DNA of 64,000 nucleotides from a virus (Duplodnaviria; Heunggongvirae; Uroviricota; Caudoviricetes): IMG/VR virus record IMGVR_UViG_2925891887_000001, one strand, 5' to 3'. The position numbers and the translations under genes were made by a program. Position 1 is the first letter of the stretch. Each line of letters opens with the position of its first letter. Positions 20,601 through 30,406 of the stretch are shown here, one piece after another. The notes under the pieces were generated by a model. The model saw nothing but the letters and a program-made list of their open reading frames with translations. It was not told the DNA's origin and did not search any database.

Positions 20601-22261
20601 CAGCTAACGCCTCGCAGCGTGCGGCCAAGAAGGAACAGGCAGCGCAACAGAAACTGGCAGCCGGATACCAGAAGGCTCTGGACAAAGCCGATCAGCTTAT
20701 GGGGCAAATGGGTGAAAGCTCTAAGGCTACGGTATCGTTTGATCAGTCTCTTCGCGATACAACGAAATCGCTGACAGATTTGGCTAATGCGGTTCCTAAC
20801 GAGTTCATCACTCAAGAGATGATCGACAAGGCGAAAAAACGTCTTGAAGACCTCAAAAATGCGACACCTGAATATCGCGAGATGTTTAATCGCCGCAATG
20901 TTGAGCAGATGATCTCCACCTGGGCACCGGAGGCGGATTCCATTATTAGTGCTGGCTATACGCCGTCTCGCGAAGAGAAAGTTGCTGATTTCGAAGACAC
21001 CTACAACCGCAATCTCAAAGCGTTGATAGAACTTCGTGATAAGGCGTCTGATCCTAAAGTTGTGGCGCTTTATACAAAGAAAATCAATCAACTGATTGCT
21101 GCTGGCAATACCGCGCTTATTAAAGAGACGGGGACTGCGACGCAGAAGTTGGCACTGGAATACGAAAACCTGGCAGAGCAGATCGAAAGCACCTGGACTG
21201 ATTTGTTTAGTGGCTTAACTGATGTCCTGACTGATTTCGTTATTAACGGGAAGATGAGCTTCTCCAGCCTATCTCAGTCCATTTTGAAAGATATCACCAA
21301 TATGGTCGTGAAGTCGCAAATCACGCTGCCTCTAATGAACATGTTGGGGATGGGAACCACCGCAGCTGGTAGTTCACAGAGTGGCAATTTGCTCACTGGA
21401 GTTGCTTCTGCCGTTGCCAATCAAGGTGTACGAATGGGCAACACTGTTAATGGCGACAAGTCGGTAGGAGAAGCCACGAAGGAGACGTCCAGTTCGGTAA
21501 CTGGATTGGGGCAAACAACACAGCAGACCACCAGCGCAATTGGCACAGCAACAAATGCGATTGGTAGCTGGGTATCGGGGCTATTTGATAGCACCGAAGC
21601 CAAAGATGCTGAGACAAAAGCAGTGAAGGACTCCATCTTCTCGATGCAGAACCTCAGCTCTGTTACCGGCGCTCTGTCTGCCGCGTTTGCAATGCTTGGA
21701 GCTAATGCTTCCGGCTCTGGTAATAAGTGGTTGAATTTCGGCGCGACAGTTGCATCTGGTTTGGTTTCAGTATGGGCTGGTGGTGGATTCGATGGATTGA
21801 TGTCCGGTTCTTCTGGCTCAACTTCCGGGTTCAACAATCTGACCAGTTCTGCTGCCGATGGCACGAATGGTATTCCTGCAATTCCGAAGTTTGCAAATGG
21901 TGGCATATTCGGAAAAGACGGCGTGATCCCGCTCCGGGCATACCAGAAAGGCGGTATCGCCAACTCACCTCAATTGGCGTTGTTTGGGGAAGGCGATATG
22001 AATGAGGCGTATGTTCCATTGCCTGATGGCCGAACAATCCCTGTAACGCTCAGTACCGATGGTATGAGTGGAGGCGGAAATGTTCTTTCTCCTGTATCAA
22101 TTGAGATCAACGTCCATAGTGACGGTAGCACGACAGAATCCGGCGATACAGAAAGCATATGGAACAATGCCGCTCAACGGATGAAAGCAATCGCGCTTGA
22201 GACTATCGCTCAAGAGAAACGCCCTGGCGGATCACTCAACCCAAACACTCAACGTAACTAA
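17687..22261 (+). CDS. Tape measure protein
   Basis: About 1525 aa, coiled-coil rich, hydrophobic Gly/Ala segments; track start 17666 is TTG, ATG at 17687 has a better RBS. Confidence 0.85.
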   Translation: MSQNVEFILSLEDKQFTASIDRAGKLLTRFGEQVTKPAQKIQTFERSLGSVARIIGVLESKLDSTADKLQDVAAGFELASDATRKMRGNITSLNSGLKALIERVDTTTSSVDKLTASLRKVQSELNDFSDWATYASKSASRFGTEVKEASASVSGMNTRLNTTTKRLSNWGVSTSQAAEGLKKVREQMDEVIGRQQLISKPVRVRTSGGSDGGSGRRSGSGHSGKSNEGGMFSGLRGNIFLLGEIGDAARTVTDIMFGWQKPIVEAAAEMERMRVMLRGLNKEKSNPGQAAADDMKYIVDMAQNAPFAMQALTDSFVKFRSAGLDPTDGSLKALVDSVARFGGDSELLKRAAVAVQQMSGKGVVSMEELRQQLGEAVPNAMQAMADAAGITMGELTKAVASGTVEAKQALSLMFVGLRAENENAAKDMMQTYTGALAQLQTSFTLFADRVGQAGYLDSLSKGMKELASIMNSAEGISFANSLGSGLTTAIDGLRQLAQWLAKNQELVINLGKVVAAMVAFKLMRAGIMGVVGAGSQMVSTFATMATAIQTPFNLGATAVTRFNRAARMGLAPIPSLIFAIRGAITGLKGAFAGLTAFIAANPIGAAFTVATVAVAGLITYMTMLRSETSKVVDEIRKIPEAMTAAKRAQMAEYKARLEQQITQKEQELKSGEKVVYGPGMAGTTVKINQDERKRIENELNDLREKRDKTTGAIERGDTAVAKRLAKDAAESQIEKIREENRDFAATFAKARQEALDKIQKINDDGSLSDDEKNKLLAPLRETVNKSYLEPAQKLVDSLSSRKNATEKQIATLNDQLEKAKKDGNTEQIQKLQGSIRGYQEHLEAVAQELTQAEFERDNAAKTGKGVMSNQGTVLGLGTTDKAAQKALAQYMRNQMDSATYQRTLPDGTPMMDFEGKPIIGPKQLKTQLNLQKASSASSLEKMSDEERAAAIAALTKAREQDAAAAEKAAQRSANASQRAAKKEQAAQQKLAAGYQKALDKADQLMGQMGESSKATVSFDQSLRDTTKSLTDLANAVPNEFITQEMIDKAKKRLEDLKNATPEYREMFNRRNVEQMISTWAPEADSIISAGYTPSREEKVADFEDTYNRNLKALIELRDKASDPKVVALYTKKINQLIAAGNTALIKETGTATQKLALEYENLAEQIESTWTDLFSGLTDVLTDFVINGKMSFSSLSQSILKDITNMVVKSQITLPLMNMLGMGTTAAGSSQSGNLLTGVASAVANQGVRMGNTVNGDKSVGEATKETSSSVTGLGQTTQQTTSAIGTATNAIGSWVSGLFDSTEAKDAETKAVKDSIFSMQNLSSVTGALSAAFAMLGANASGSGNKWLNFGATVASGLVSVWAGGGFDGLMSGSSGSTSGFNNLTSSAADGTNGIPAIPKFANGGIFGKDGVIPLRAYQKGGIANSPQLALFGEGDMNEAYVPLPDGRTIPVTLSTDGMSGGGNVLSPVSIEINVHSDGSTTESGDTESIWNNAAQRMKAIALETIAQEKRPGGSLNPNTQRN

Positions 22262-22459
22262 CTATCGACTGCCCCGACCGGGGCAGTCTCACAAGGATGT
22301 GAGATGGAAAGACAAACGTTTAATTGGTATCCAGATTACGAATCTGAAAAGAGCGTAAAACCGAATGTAACGGTACTTAATTTTGGTGATGACTACGAGC
22401 AGCGACAGGCTCAAGGTCTTAATCGTATTAAAGAAGAATGGTCGGGTAATGACTCCAAC

Positions 22460-22963
22460 TTATTGATAGTGTTTTATGTTCAGATAATGCCCGATGACTT
22501 TGTCATGCAGCTCCACCGATTTTGAGAACGACAGCGACTTCCGTCCCAGCCGTGCCAGGTGCTGCCTCAGATTCAGGTTATGCCGCTCAATTCGCTGCGT
22601 ATATCGCTTGCTGATTACGTGCAGCTTTCCCTTCAGGCGGGATTCATACAGCGGCCAGCCATCCGTCATCCATATCACCACGTCAAAGGGTGACAGCAGG
22701 CTCATAAGACGCCCCAGCGTCGCCATAGTGCGTTCACCGAATACGTGCGCAACAACCGTCTTCCGGAGCCTGTCATACGCGTAAAACAGCCAGCGCTGGC
22801 GCGATTTAGCCCCGACATAGCCCCACTGTTCGTCCATTTCCGCGCAGACGATGACGTCACTGCCCGGCTGTATGCGCGAGGTTACCGACTGCGGCCTGAG
22901 TTTTTTAAGTGACGTAAAATCGTGTTGAGGCCAACGCCCATAATGCGGGCAGTTGCCCGGCAT
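22460..22963 (-). CDS. insB: IS1 InsB (transposase C-terminal ORF)
   Basis: 167-aa translation ...[36 protein letters not shown]... recognised as IS1 InsB. Confidence 0.95.
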
Positions 22964-23157
22964 CCAACGCCATTCATGGCCATATCAATGATTTTCTGGT
23001 GCGTACCGGGTTGAGAAGCGGTGTAAGTGAACTGCAGTTGCCATGTTTTACGGCAGTGAGAGCAGAGATAGCGCTGATGTCCGGCGGTGCTTTTGCCGTT
23101 ACGCACCACCCCGTCAGTAGCTGAACAGGAGGGACAGCTGATAGAAACAGAAGCCAC
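22882..23157 (-). CDS. insA: IS1 InsA
   Basis: 91-aa translation [43 protein letters not shown]... recognised as IS1 InsA. Confidence 0.95.
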
Positions 23158-23498
23158 TGGAGCACCTCAAAAACACCATCATACACTAAATCAGTAAGTT
23201 GGCAGCATCACCGAATGGTCGTTAACCTTTACCAGATCATACAACGAAATTAATGCAATCGATGACTTCCTGACTGAGCGAGCAGGCGTTGAGTCGTTCT
23301 ATTGGGTTAATCCAAGAGGAAAACGGATTGTAGTTGTATGTGACAGTCATACGGTCAAGCGATATCAGGGGTACTGTGTCTTAACTGCTACATTCAGACA
23401 AGTATTTGAGGCTTAAGTATCTGGATAAGTAAGTACTAATTTACTATCATTGTGGCGCTGACAGGATGTTAGCGCCTACTTATTTCAAGGATGAAACA

Positions 23499-24197
23499 AT
23501 GGGAATTAAAGCTGATATTCAGAGCTTATCTCCCTCTGCACTCATTGAGTTGTTCGTACTGGATATGTCGAACACAACTTCAGGGGGGAAGTTATTCTTC
23601 CACGCCGGAACAAACGAACTGATGCAACCTGTCGTCTGGCAAGGAGTGACATACGAGCCGTGGCCAATCAAAGCATCAGGCTTTGACAAAACTGGCCAGG
23701 GAACGTTGCCACGTCCAAAAATTCAGGTATCGAACTTTGCCGGAACCGTCTCTGCGGAAGTTCAGGCGAACGACGATCTTGTTGGCTGCCGCATTATTCG
23801 CAAGATGACGCTGGCTCGCTTCCTCGATGCCGTTAATTTTAAAGACGGCAACCCAACAGCAGATCCAAACCAACATTTCCCGGATGAAATGTGGTTTATC
23901 GAACAGAAAACGCTCGAAACTCATCAGGTTGTCGAGTTTGAGTTGTCCAGTGTGTTCGATTTGATGGGGGTGCAACTGCCGTATCGTCAGATCATTAAAA
24001 ACACCTGCCCGTGGAAATACCGAGGGCCAGAATGCGGCTATACCGGTCCATATTTCGACAAAAATAACCAGCAGACGTCTATGTCTGGTGCTGATTACTG
24101 CACAAAACGTTATGACGCCTGTAATGCGCGTCGGAATTATTTTGCCAACGGAGTGATCCATTTTGGCGGGTTTATTGGAGCTACGCGATATGGGTAA
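23499..24197 (+). CDS. Minor tail protein L (lambda gpL-like)
   Basis: Clear gpL-like segments (KMTLARFLDAVNF; NTCPWKYRGPECGYTGP; FGGFIG); ATG after AAGGA; track ORF begins 23466. Confidence 0.9.
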   Translation: MGIKADIQSLSPSALIELFVLDMSNTTSGGKLFFHAGTNELMQPVVWQGVTYEPWPIKASGFDKTGQGTLPRPKIQVSNFAGTVSAEVQANDDLVGCRIIRKMTLARFLDAVNFKDGNPTADPNQHFPDEMWFIEQKTLETHQVVEFELSSVFDLMGVQLPYRQIIKNTCPWKYRGPECGYTGPYFDKNNQQTSMSGADYCTKRYDACNARRNYFANGVIHFGGFIGATRYG

Positions 24198-24987
24198 TAA
24201 AGCAATCCCTGAGCTTGGCTCTGATGTTATGCAGCAAATCTATCTCTGCGCCATAAATCGCTACCCTAATGAAGCGTGTGGCTTTCTGGTGAGAACTAAT
24301 GGCGACAAATATCGCTTTATGGAAGCGCGAAATGTTTCGGAGAACCCGCAGAACACTTTTGTAATGCACGTTGACGACATTATAGCGGCAGAGGATGCAG
24401 GTGACGTAATCGCAATCTGGCATTCACATACTGATGAATCAGCAGAAGCATCTGATGCCGATCGTGCAGGCTGTGAAGCGACGGAAGTTCCGTGGATGAT
24501 TCTGGCTATTCGCAAGAATGTTGAGGGAGATGCCCCTTTCCATTTTAGCGAGATGAATGTGATCACACCTGATGGTTTCGAAATGCCATACCTGGGTAGA
24601 CCGTATGTATTTGGCGTATTCGATTGCTGGATGTTGTGTCGGGACTATTTGAAGCGTGAGTTTAACGTCGAGCTTAACCCGAACGCACACCTGCATATTC
24701 CATCGTGGTACACCGGCGATAACGACATTCTCGACCAGAACTACCGAAACGAAGGGTTGGTACGGCTTGCGCCTGGAACAGAGCCTCAACGTGGGGACGT
24801 CTTCTTTATTCAATACGGGAAAATGCCAGATCACTGCGCGGTTTATATCGGCGATGGAATGATTCTTCATCACCAGATCGACCGTCTTAGTTGTCGTGCT
24901 TATTACGGCGGAATGTATCAGAAACATACGACGCATCACTTGCGTCACAGAGACTTGCTCAAGGGAGATGAGACGTGTCTGAGTTAG
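24163..24987 (+). CDS. Tail assembly protein K (MPN/JAMM + NlpC/P60 domains)
   Basis: JAMM motif IWHSHTDESAEASD and C-terminal NlpC/P60-like Cys/His region; start may be 24190 or later. Confidence 0.85.
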   Translation: MAGLLELRDMGNKAIPELGSDVMQQIYLCAINRYPNEACGFLVRTNGDKYRFMEARNVSENPQNTFVMHVDDIIAAEDAGDVIAIWHSHTDESAEASDADRAGCEATEVPWMILAIRKNVEGDAPFHFSEMNVITPDGFEMPYLGRPYVFGVFDCWMLCRDYLKREFNVELNPNAHLHIPSWYTGDNDILDQNYRNEGLVRLAPGTEPQRGDVFFIQYGKMPDHCAVYIGDGMILHHQIDRLSCRAYYGGMYQKHTTHHLRHRDLLKGDETCLS

Positions 24988-25568
24988 TTCATGTGCAGCT
25001 TGGCGGACCTATGGCTAAACATTTTGGTCGCCACTGGCATCTAAAGGTGCGCAATACAAAACAGGCTCTGGATTTAATTGAAGCCAACAAGCCTGGGTTT
25101 AAAGCATGGATGAAGCGCAATATCAAAACCTATGACAGTTACCACATCCAGATCACCAATAAACAGGGCCACAAGTGGTCTGTTGACGAAAGTGAATATC
25201 AGATGATGGGGCAGTCTGACAACATTGCCAAAATCCGCATTACACCTGTTCCGCGAGGAAGCGGTGGATCTGCTTTTGGGTGGTTTCAGACGGTAGTAGG
25301 GGCCGCTTTGTTGGTTGTATCGGCGGTAGTGATGCCTGCTTTAGCACCTCTCGGTTTGTCACTGATGATGGGCGGCATATCACAAATCATATCGCCGCAA
25401 GCCACTAACGAAAGTGTGAGACAGGCAGATAACTCGAACTCTTATTATTTCGACGGCCCTCAAAATACAGAAAACCAGGGCAACCCAGTACAACTTATCT
25501 ATGGCGAGGAAATTCTGGTTGGCTCACAGGTTGTGAGTTCTTCAATCACGATTGACCAGCTAATGTAA
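24975..25568 (+). CDS. Tail assembly protein I (lambda gpI-like)
   Basis: Position between K and J; C-terminal hydrophobic segment (FGWFQTVVGAALLVVSAVVMPALAPLGLSLMMGG). Confidence 0.75.
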   Translation: MSELVHVQLGGPMAKHFGRHWHLKVRNTKQALDLIEANKPGFKAWMKRNIKTYDSYHIQITNKQGHKWSVDESEYQMMGQSDNIAKIRITPVPRGSGGSAFGWFQTVVGAALLVVSAVVMPALAPLGLSLMMGGISQIISPQATNESVRQADNSNSYYFDGPQNTENQGNPVQLIYGEEILVGSQVVSSSITIDQLM

Positions 25569-25585
25569 ACAAGGATTTTTTGAAC

Positions 25586-28500
25586 ATGGAACAGTTCAAG
25601 AAGAAAAAGCTACCGCTGTTTATTGCCGGTGCGGGTGGTAAAAAAAGCAGCAAAAGCTCTAGTCGTACACCGGTTGAAGCCGACGATACCGTAAATTCTC
25701 GTGCAATGGCCGCTATCCTCGATCTTCTTGGGGAAGGGGTAATTGGCGGCTTAGTAAATGGCGCAAGATCTATTTTTATCGACGATCTGCCGATTGTAAA
25801 TGAAGACGGTTCCTCCAACTTCAGCGGAATCACATGGGATTTTCGCGACGGTTCACAAGACCAGACTCCAATGTCTGGCTTTGATTTCGTTGAAACGCCT
25901 AAATCCGTCAATATCCAGTTAAAAAAAACACATTATGTAACGGTTTCAATCGATAACGATGAAGCTGATCGGGTTCGTGTCATCATGAAGTTTCCTTCTT
26001 TGCGAAGCATAGATAAAAAAACTGGTGACACGAACGGTACGACTGTTGAGTACAAGTTCCAGATAGCAAATGGCGACTCAACATTTGTAGATGTGGTCGC
26101 GGAAGGTGAAAAAAGCGTTGGCATTAAGCTAACAGCAAAGAAGACCGGCGTTTATTACCGTAGCTACGAGCTGAAGCTGCCTAAGCCTGGACGCGCATAC
26201 AAGGTTCGTGTAGTCCGTATTACCGATGATAACAGTAGCCAGTATCTCTATAACGATACATGGGTGGATTCAATCGGGGAAATTGTCGATACACCGATGA
26301 ACTATCCAAACTCTGTTTTGGTTGGATTGAAGGTAAACTCTGAGCAATTCGGCAGCACCATGCCATCTCGCTCTTATCTGGTGCGTGGCCTAAAAATTCG
26401 AGTACCTTCAAACTATAACGAGTCCAGTAACACTTACGCTGGGGTATGGGATGGCACTTTTAAGCTGTTGTCTTCTTCGAACCCCGCGTGGATTCTCTTT
26501 GATTTGCTGACCAATGCTCGATATGGCCTTGGTCAGTATGTGTCGGAATCTATGATTGACCTTGGCCAGTTGTACCAGATTGGTCGATATTGTGACGAAG
26601 AGGTCGATGATGGCTTTGGTGGCAAAGAGAAACGCTTTGCAATCAATACGCAGATCACCAGTCGACAGGACGCATACCGGCTAATTCAGGATATTGCCGG
26701 AGCATTCCGCGGCATGGTGTTTTGGGCTGGTGGGATGGTTAACATCATGCAGGATAGCCCATCAGATCCGGTAATGATGTTTACCAACTCTAACGTCAAA
26801 GATGGATTGTTTACCTATAAAGGTTCTGCGCGTAAAGATCGCCCATCCGTTGCGCTCGTAACCTACAACAACAAGGAGGACGGTTATAAGCAAAACATCG
26901 AGTACGTCGAAGATCAGGACGCAATGCGCCGTTATGGTGAGCGTAAAACAGAAGTCGTAGCATTTGGCTGTACAAGCCGAGGGCAGGCTCACCGAGTTGG
27001 TTTGTGGCTTTTATATACCGCCAGAATGGAGTCGGATGTAATTACATTTACTGCCGGCTTAGACGCGTCATTTCTGATGCCTGGTGAAACCGTTCTGATT
27101 CAGAACAAATATCGCGCAGGCAAACGTAACTCAGGTCGAATTGTGGCGTTTACCAAAAACAGCGTCACACTCGATGCGCCTGTGTCGTTAGCCAAAGGCG
27201 GCTGCTTTATTCGAATACTGAATCAGGAAGGCAAAATCGTTGAACGCGATGTTCTTGAAACTGGCGAAAATATAACAAAAGTTACGTTTTCAAAAGCCCT
27301 GTCTTCGGCTGAAACGCCTGTTTTGAACGGCGTCTGGACTATTACAGAACCAGACCTCGAACCTATGCGCGTTCGCATCGTTAACATCGCGCAGGGGGAA
27401 ACGCCGGGTAGCTTTGACATCACCGCTGTTGAGAACAATCCGTCTAAATATGAGGCAATCGACAATGGTGCAACGCTGATCCCACAGAATACGACGGTAT
27501 TGGACCCAACTTACTCCAAGCCATCTAATCTGCAAATCACTGAAGGGACTTATCTCTCAAGCCCGGGCAACCTGTCAGTAAAACTGACTGCAACATGGGA
27601 AGGGAAATCTCCAGAGTATTGGATCAGTTGGCGACGTTCTGATGAAAACAATGTATCGAACTGGCAATCGGCGCGTGTAACCGAAGAGCAATACGAAATC
27701 GTTAATGTCGCGGAGAATGGACGCTACGACTTCCAGCTGTATGCGGTTTCATTCAACGGTAAAAAAACAGAGATTATCAGTACCGTTTATCAGGTGTTGG
27801 GCACAATGACACCGCCGGATGCCCCAACGTCATTAACGGCCGTTGGAGACTATCGTAATGTGATACTGAATTGGGTTAATCCAGATTCGGTAGACCTTGA
27901 TCACATTAATGTTTACGCATCCCAGACCAACAATCTGGATACGGCGAAACTGATCGCAGAGTCTGCAAGCACCACCTTTACACATGCTGGTCTTGGGGAT
28001 AGCGAAACGTGGTATTACTGGGTTCGAGCATCGAACAAGCGAGGTATGTTAAGTCCTCCGAACTCAAACTTGGGTACAGAGGCGACAACTCGCGATGTAC
28101 TGTCGTTCCTGACTGGCAAAATTACATCTTCCGAGCTTGGTCAGGCTCTGCTTGAGGACATCAACAGCAAAGCCTCTCAAGAAGCAGTTGACGAGTTAAA
28201 TGAGCATATCAACCAGAGCGTCGAATCTTTGGAGGGGGCGGTAAACGACGTTAAGGAAGATATAGCTGAATTAGATAAGCAGTTCAGCGATAACCTCGCG
28301 GATTTTGAAATAAAATTCAACGAGCGTAGCGATGCTTTGGAGAACGCACAAACCGAGCTTAAAGGTGAGGTTTCGGCAACGATCGACAAGGTCAATGAAG
28401 CGTTTGAAAAAATTGATGCTACTGATGCTGCAATTGTTGAAATCGAAAACACCGTATCTGAACACGATAAAGCTCTCGCTAATACAGTCGAGGCAATAAA

Positions 28501-30313
28501 GGCTGCAAGAGATGAAGCGGCGGCTCTTATTGCTAAGGAAAGCGAGGCTCGTGTTGAAGGCGATGCTGCAAACGCTAAACAACTGGAAGTGTTGCAGTCA
28601 ACGGTAGAGGAAAGCTCCGCTGCCGTTGAAGAAATGAAAAAGACGGTTGCAGAGGTCGATCGTGCCAGTGCAGAACTGACTACGAACATTGAAGCGTTAG
28701 CTAAAACAAATATTGACCTGGCTCTTCGTCAAGATGAAGACCAGCACAAGCAGATGGTCAATAACGCGAAGATCGCAACAACACAGAAAACCTTTGCTGA
28801 TGATATGTCCGCAATGGCCACGAAGGTTGAGGAAATTCGCGTAGAAATTGGCGAAGACATTAAGGCCAGTATTCTGGAAGAGTCCACCGCTCGTGCCGAT
28901 GGCGATGAAGCGTTGGCAAAGCGTGTCACTCAGCTGCAATCTAAGTTTGAAGGAGATATCAGCGCGGCGATTAGTACAGAGCAGGAGGCTCGTACATCTG
29001 CCGATGAAGCTCTGACGACACAAATCACTCAGCTTGAGTCGAAAGTAAGCAACGATATCGTCGCAGCTATTAAGGAAGAGCAAGAAGCCCGAGCAACGGA
29101 AGATTCGGCTCTGGCAAGCCAGATCACCCAACTTCAGGCAAAAGTTGATGATGATATTTCTGCTGCAATACGCAGTGAGCAGGAGGCCCGAGCAAGCGGG
29201 GACTCTGCGTTAGCCAAACAAATAAACCAGCTTCAGTCAAAGGTTGACGGTGATATATCCGCTGCCATCACTCAGGAGCAGGAGGCCAGAGCAAGTGCTG
29301 ACCAGGCGCTCTCACGAGAAATTAACAGCCTGCGAGCACAAACCGGAACTGATATTGCCGCAGCGGTTGCTGTAGAGACAAAAGCAAGGACTGATGCCGA
29401 TAGTGCATTGTCTACCCAGATTACGTCTCTTACAGCAAAAGCTAATGATCTCAAGGCGTCTCTTGCCAGAGAAACAACGGCTCGTGCAGATGGTGATACC
29501 GCTTTAACAAAAGAGGTTTCAAGTTTAAAAGCACAGACAGCGAAAGATATTAGTGCGGCCGTTGCAGTTGAAACGCAGGCTCGAACTGATGCTGACTCGG
29601 CGTTGTCGTCTCAGATCACCAAGCTGACCTCTCAATACAAAGAGGATATTAAAGCGGCTGTAGCAACCGAAACGAAAACGCGTACAGAGCAAGATGCTGC
29701 ATTGGCGACTCAAATCACAAACTTAGAGTCTCAAACGGCAGCCAACATTTCCGCGGCGGTCACAACTGAAACGAAAGCGAGAACGCAGGCAGATAATGCT
29801 CTGAGTGGGCGAATCGATACTCTGAAAGCAGAGGTGAATGGAAATACCGCGACAATTCAACAGCAGGCAACAGCTATTGCTGATACCAACAAAAAAGTGT
29901 CAACCGCGTGGACGTTGAAAATGGAGACTTCAACGAGCGGAGGGCAGAAGTATGTTGCCGGTATTGCGCTTGGTATTGACACCACTGGGCTATCTCAGTT
30001 TTTGGTTCAGGCGGACAGGTTTGGTTTGGTCAACTCTGTTAACGGGAAGATCACAACGCCATTTGTTATCGAAAACAGTATCGCCTATATGAATGGAGCG
30101 TATATCAAGGATGGCACAATCACCAATGCAAAAGTAGGCGATCTGCAATCTACCAATTTTGTTAGCGGTAGATCTGGATGGCGGTTCGGCAAAAATGGAA
30201 CGCTTGAGATCAACGGTAATAGCGGCGGCAATGGGCGATTGGTTATAAATGGTCAGCGGATTGACGTTTATGACGATAACAACGTCCTACGAGTAAGAAT
30301 TGGCCGTCTGTGA
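25586..30313 (+). CDS. Tail tip / host specificity protein J (central fibre)
   Basis: gpJ-like N-terminus (GGKKSSKSSSRTPVEADDTVNSRAMAAILDLLGEGVIGG), FN3-like region, then about 9-10 tandem 33-aa repeats; track start 25580 is TTG, ATG at 25586. Confidence 0.9.
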   Translation: MEQFKKKKLPLFIAGAGGKKSSKSSSRTPVEADDTVNSRAMAAILDLLGEGVIGGLVNGARSIFIDDLPIVNEDGSSNFSGITWDFRDGSQDQTPMSGFDFVETPKSVNIQLKKTHYVTVSIDNDEADRVRVIMKFPSLRSIDKKTGDTNGTTVEYKFQIANGDSTFVDVVAEGEKSVGIKLTAKKTGVYYRSYELKLPKPGRAYKVRVVRITDDNSSQYLYNDTWVDSIGEIVDTPMNYPNSVLVGLKVNSEQFGSTMPSRSYLVRGLKIRVPSNYNESSNTYAGVWDGTFKLLSSSNPAWILFDLLTNARYGLGQYVSESMIDLGQLYQIGRYCDEEVDDGFGGKEKRFAINTQITSRQDAYRLIQDIAGAFRGMVFWAGGMVNIMQDSPSDPVMMFTNSNVKDGLFTYKGSARKDRPSVALVTYNNKEDGYKQNIEYVEDQDAMRRYGERKTEVVAFGCTSRGQAHRVGLWLLYTARMESDVITFTAGLDASFLMPGETVLIQNKYRAGKRNSGRIVAFTKNSVTLDAPVSLAKGGCFIRILNQEGKIVERDVLETGENITKVTFSKALSSAETPVLNGVWTITEPDLEPMRVRIVNIAQGETPGSFDITAVENNPSKYEAIDNGATLIPQNTTVLDPTYSKPSNLQITEGTYLSSPGNLSVKLTATWEGKSPEYWISWRRSDENNVSNWQSARVTEEQYEIVNVAENGRYDFQLYAVSFNGKKTEIISTVYQVLGTMTPPDAPTSLTAVGDYRNVILNWVNPDSVDLDHINVYASQTNNLDTAKLIAESASTTFTHAGLGDSETWYYWVRASNKRGMLSPPNSNLGTEATTRDVLSFLTGKITSSELGQALLEDINSKASQEAVDELNEHINQSVESLEGAVNDVKEDIAELDKQFSDNLADFEIKFNERSDALENAQTELKGEVSATIDKVNEAFEKIDATDAAIVEIENTVSEHDKALANTVEAIKAARDEAAALIAKESEARVEGDAANAKQLEVLQSTVEESSAAVEEMKKTVAEVDRASAELTTNIEALAKTNIDLALRQDEDQHKQMVNNAKIATTQKTFADDMSAMATKVEEIRVEIGEDIKASILEESTARADGDEALAKRVTQLQSKFEGDISAAISTEQEARTSADEALTTQITQLESKVSNDIVAAIKEEQEARATEDSALASQITQLQAKVDDDISAAIRSEQEARASGDSALAKQINQLQSKVDGDISAAITQEQEARASADQALSREINSLRAQTGTDIAAAVAVETKARTDADSALSTQITSLTAKANDLKASLARETTARADGDTALTKEVSSLKAQTAKDISAAVAVETQARTDADSALSSQITKLTSQYKEDIKAAVATETKTRTEQDAALATQITNLESQTAANISAAVTTETKARTQADNALSGRIDTLKAEVNGNTATIQQQATAIADTNKKVSTAWTLKMETSTSGGQKYVAGIALGIDTTGLSQFLVQADRFGLVNSVNGKITTPFVIENSIAYMNGAYIKDGTITNAKVGDLQSTNFVSGRSGWRFGKNGTLEINGNSGGNGRLVINGQRIDVYDDNNVLRVRIGRL
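28870..29830 (+). repeat. Tandem 99-bp (33-aa) coding repeats inside gene J
   Basis: Repeated unit DISAAIxxEQEARxxADxALxxQITQLxSKVxx, about 9-10 copies. Confidence 0.8.
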
Positions 30314-30406
30314 TGGTGGAAAAAAAATTTTATATCGGTAAAAATAGGTAGGTATATACTTAATGGCGGGCAAGGATAGCCCGCCAAATCAAGGAGCATA
30401 TTCAAC

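Larger units (their letters stand above)
22445..23212 (-). mobile_element. IS1 insertion sequence, complete (768 bp) with 9-bp target-site duplication GAATGGTCG
   Basis: Terminal inverted repeats ggtaatgactccaac... and ...gttggcagcatcacc; identical 9-bp direct repeats at 22436-22444 and 23213-23221; encodes InsA and InsB. Confidence 0.95.
22304..23416 (+). pseudogene. Minor tail protein M (lambda gpM-like), interrupted by IS1
   Basis: N-terminal 47 codons (22304-22444) and C-terminal 68 codons (23213-23416) are in frame once the 768-bp IS1 and one 9-bp duplicate are removed; joined product is about 111 aa with gpM-like motifs (FGDDYEQRQAQGLN; FYWVNPRGKRIVVVCD). Confidence 0.85.

Noticed and set aside
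18203-21091. Antisense and alternate-frame ORFs inside the tape measure gene (for example 18203-18595, 19177-19671, 20600-21091)
   Set aside because: Fully embedded in a long, well-supported gene; no RBS or independent signals; typical overlap artefacts.
25580-25585. TTG start for J at 25580 and TTG start for tape measure at 17666
   Set aside because: In-frame ATG codons with better Shine-Dalgarno spacing lie 6 and 21 nt downstream respectively; the ORF-track starts are simply the longest-ORF convention.
28870-29830. Possible CRISPR array suggested by regular repeats
   Set aside because: Repeats are 99 bp, in frame and coding within gene J, without unique spacers; no cas genes nearby.
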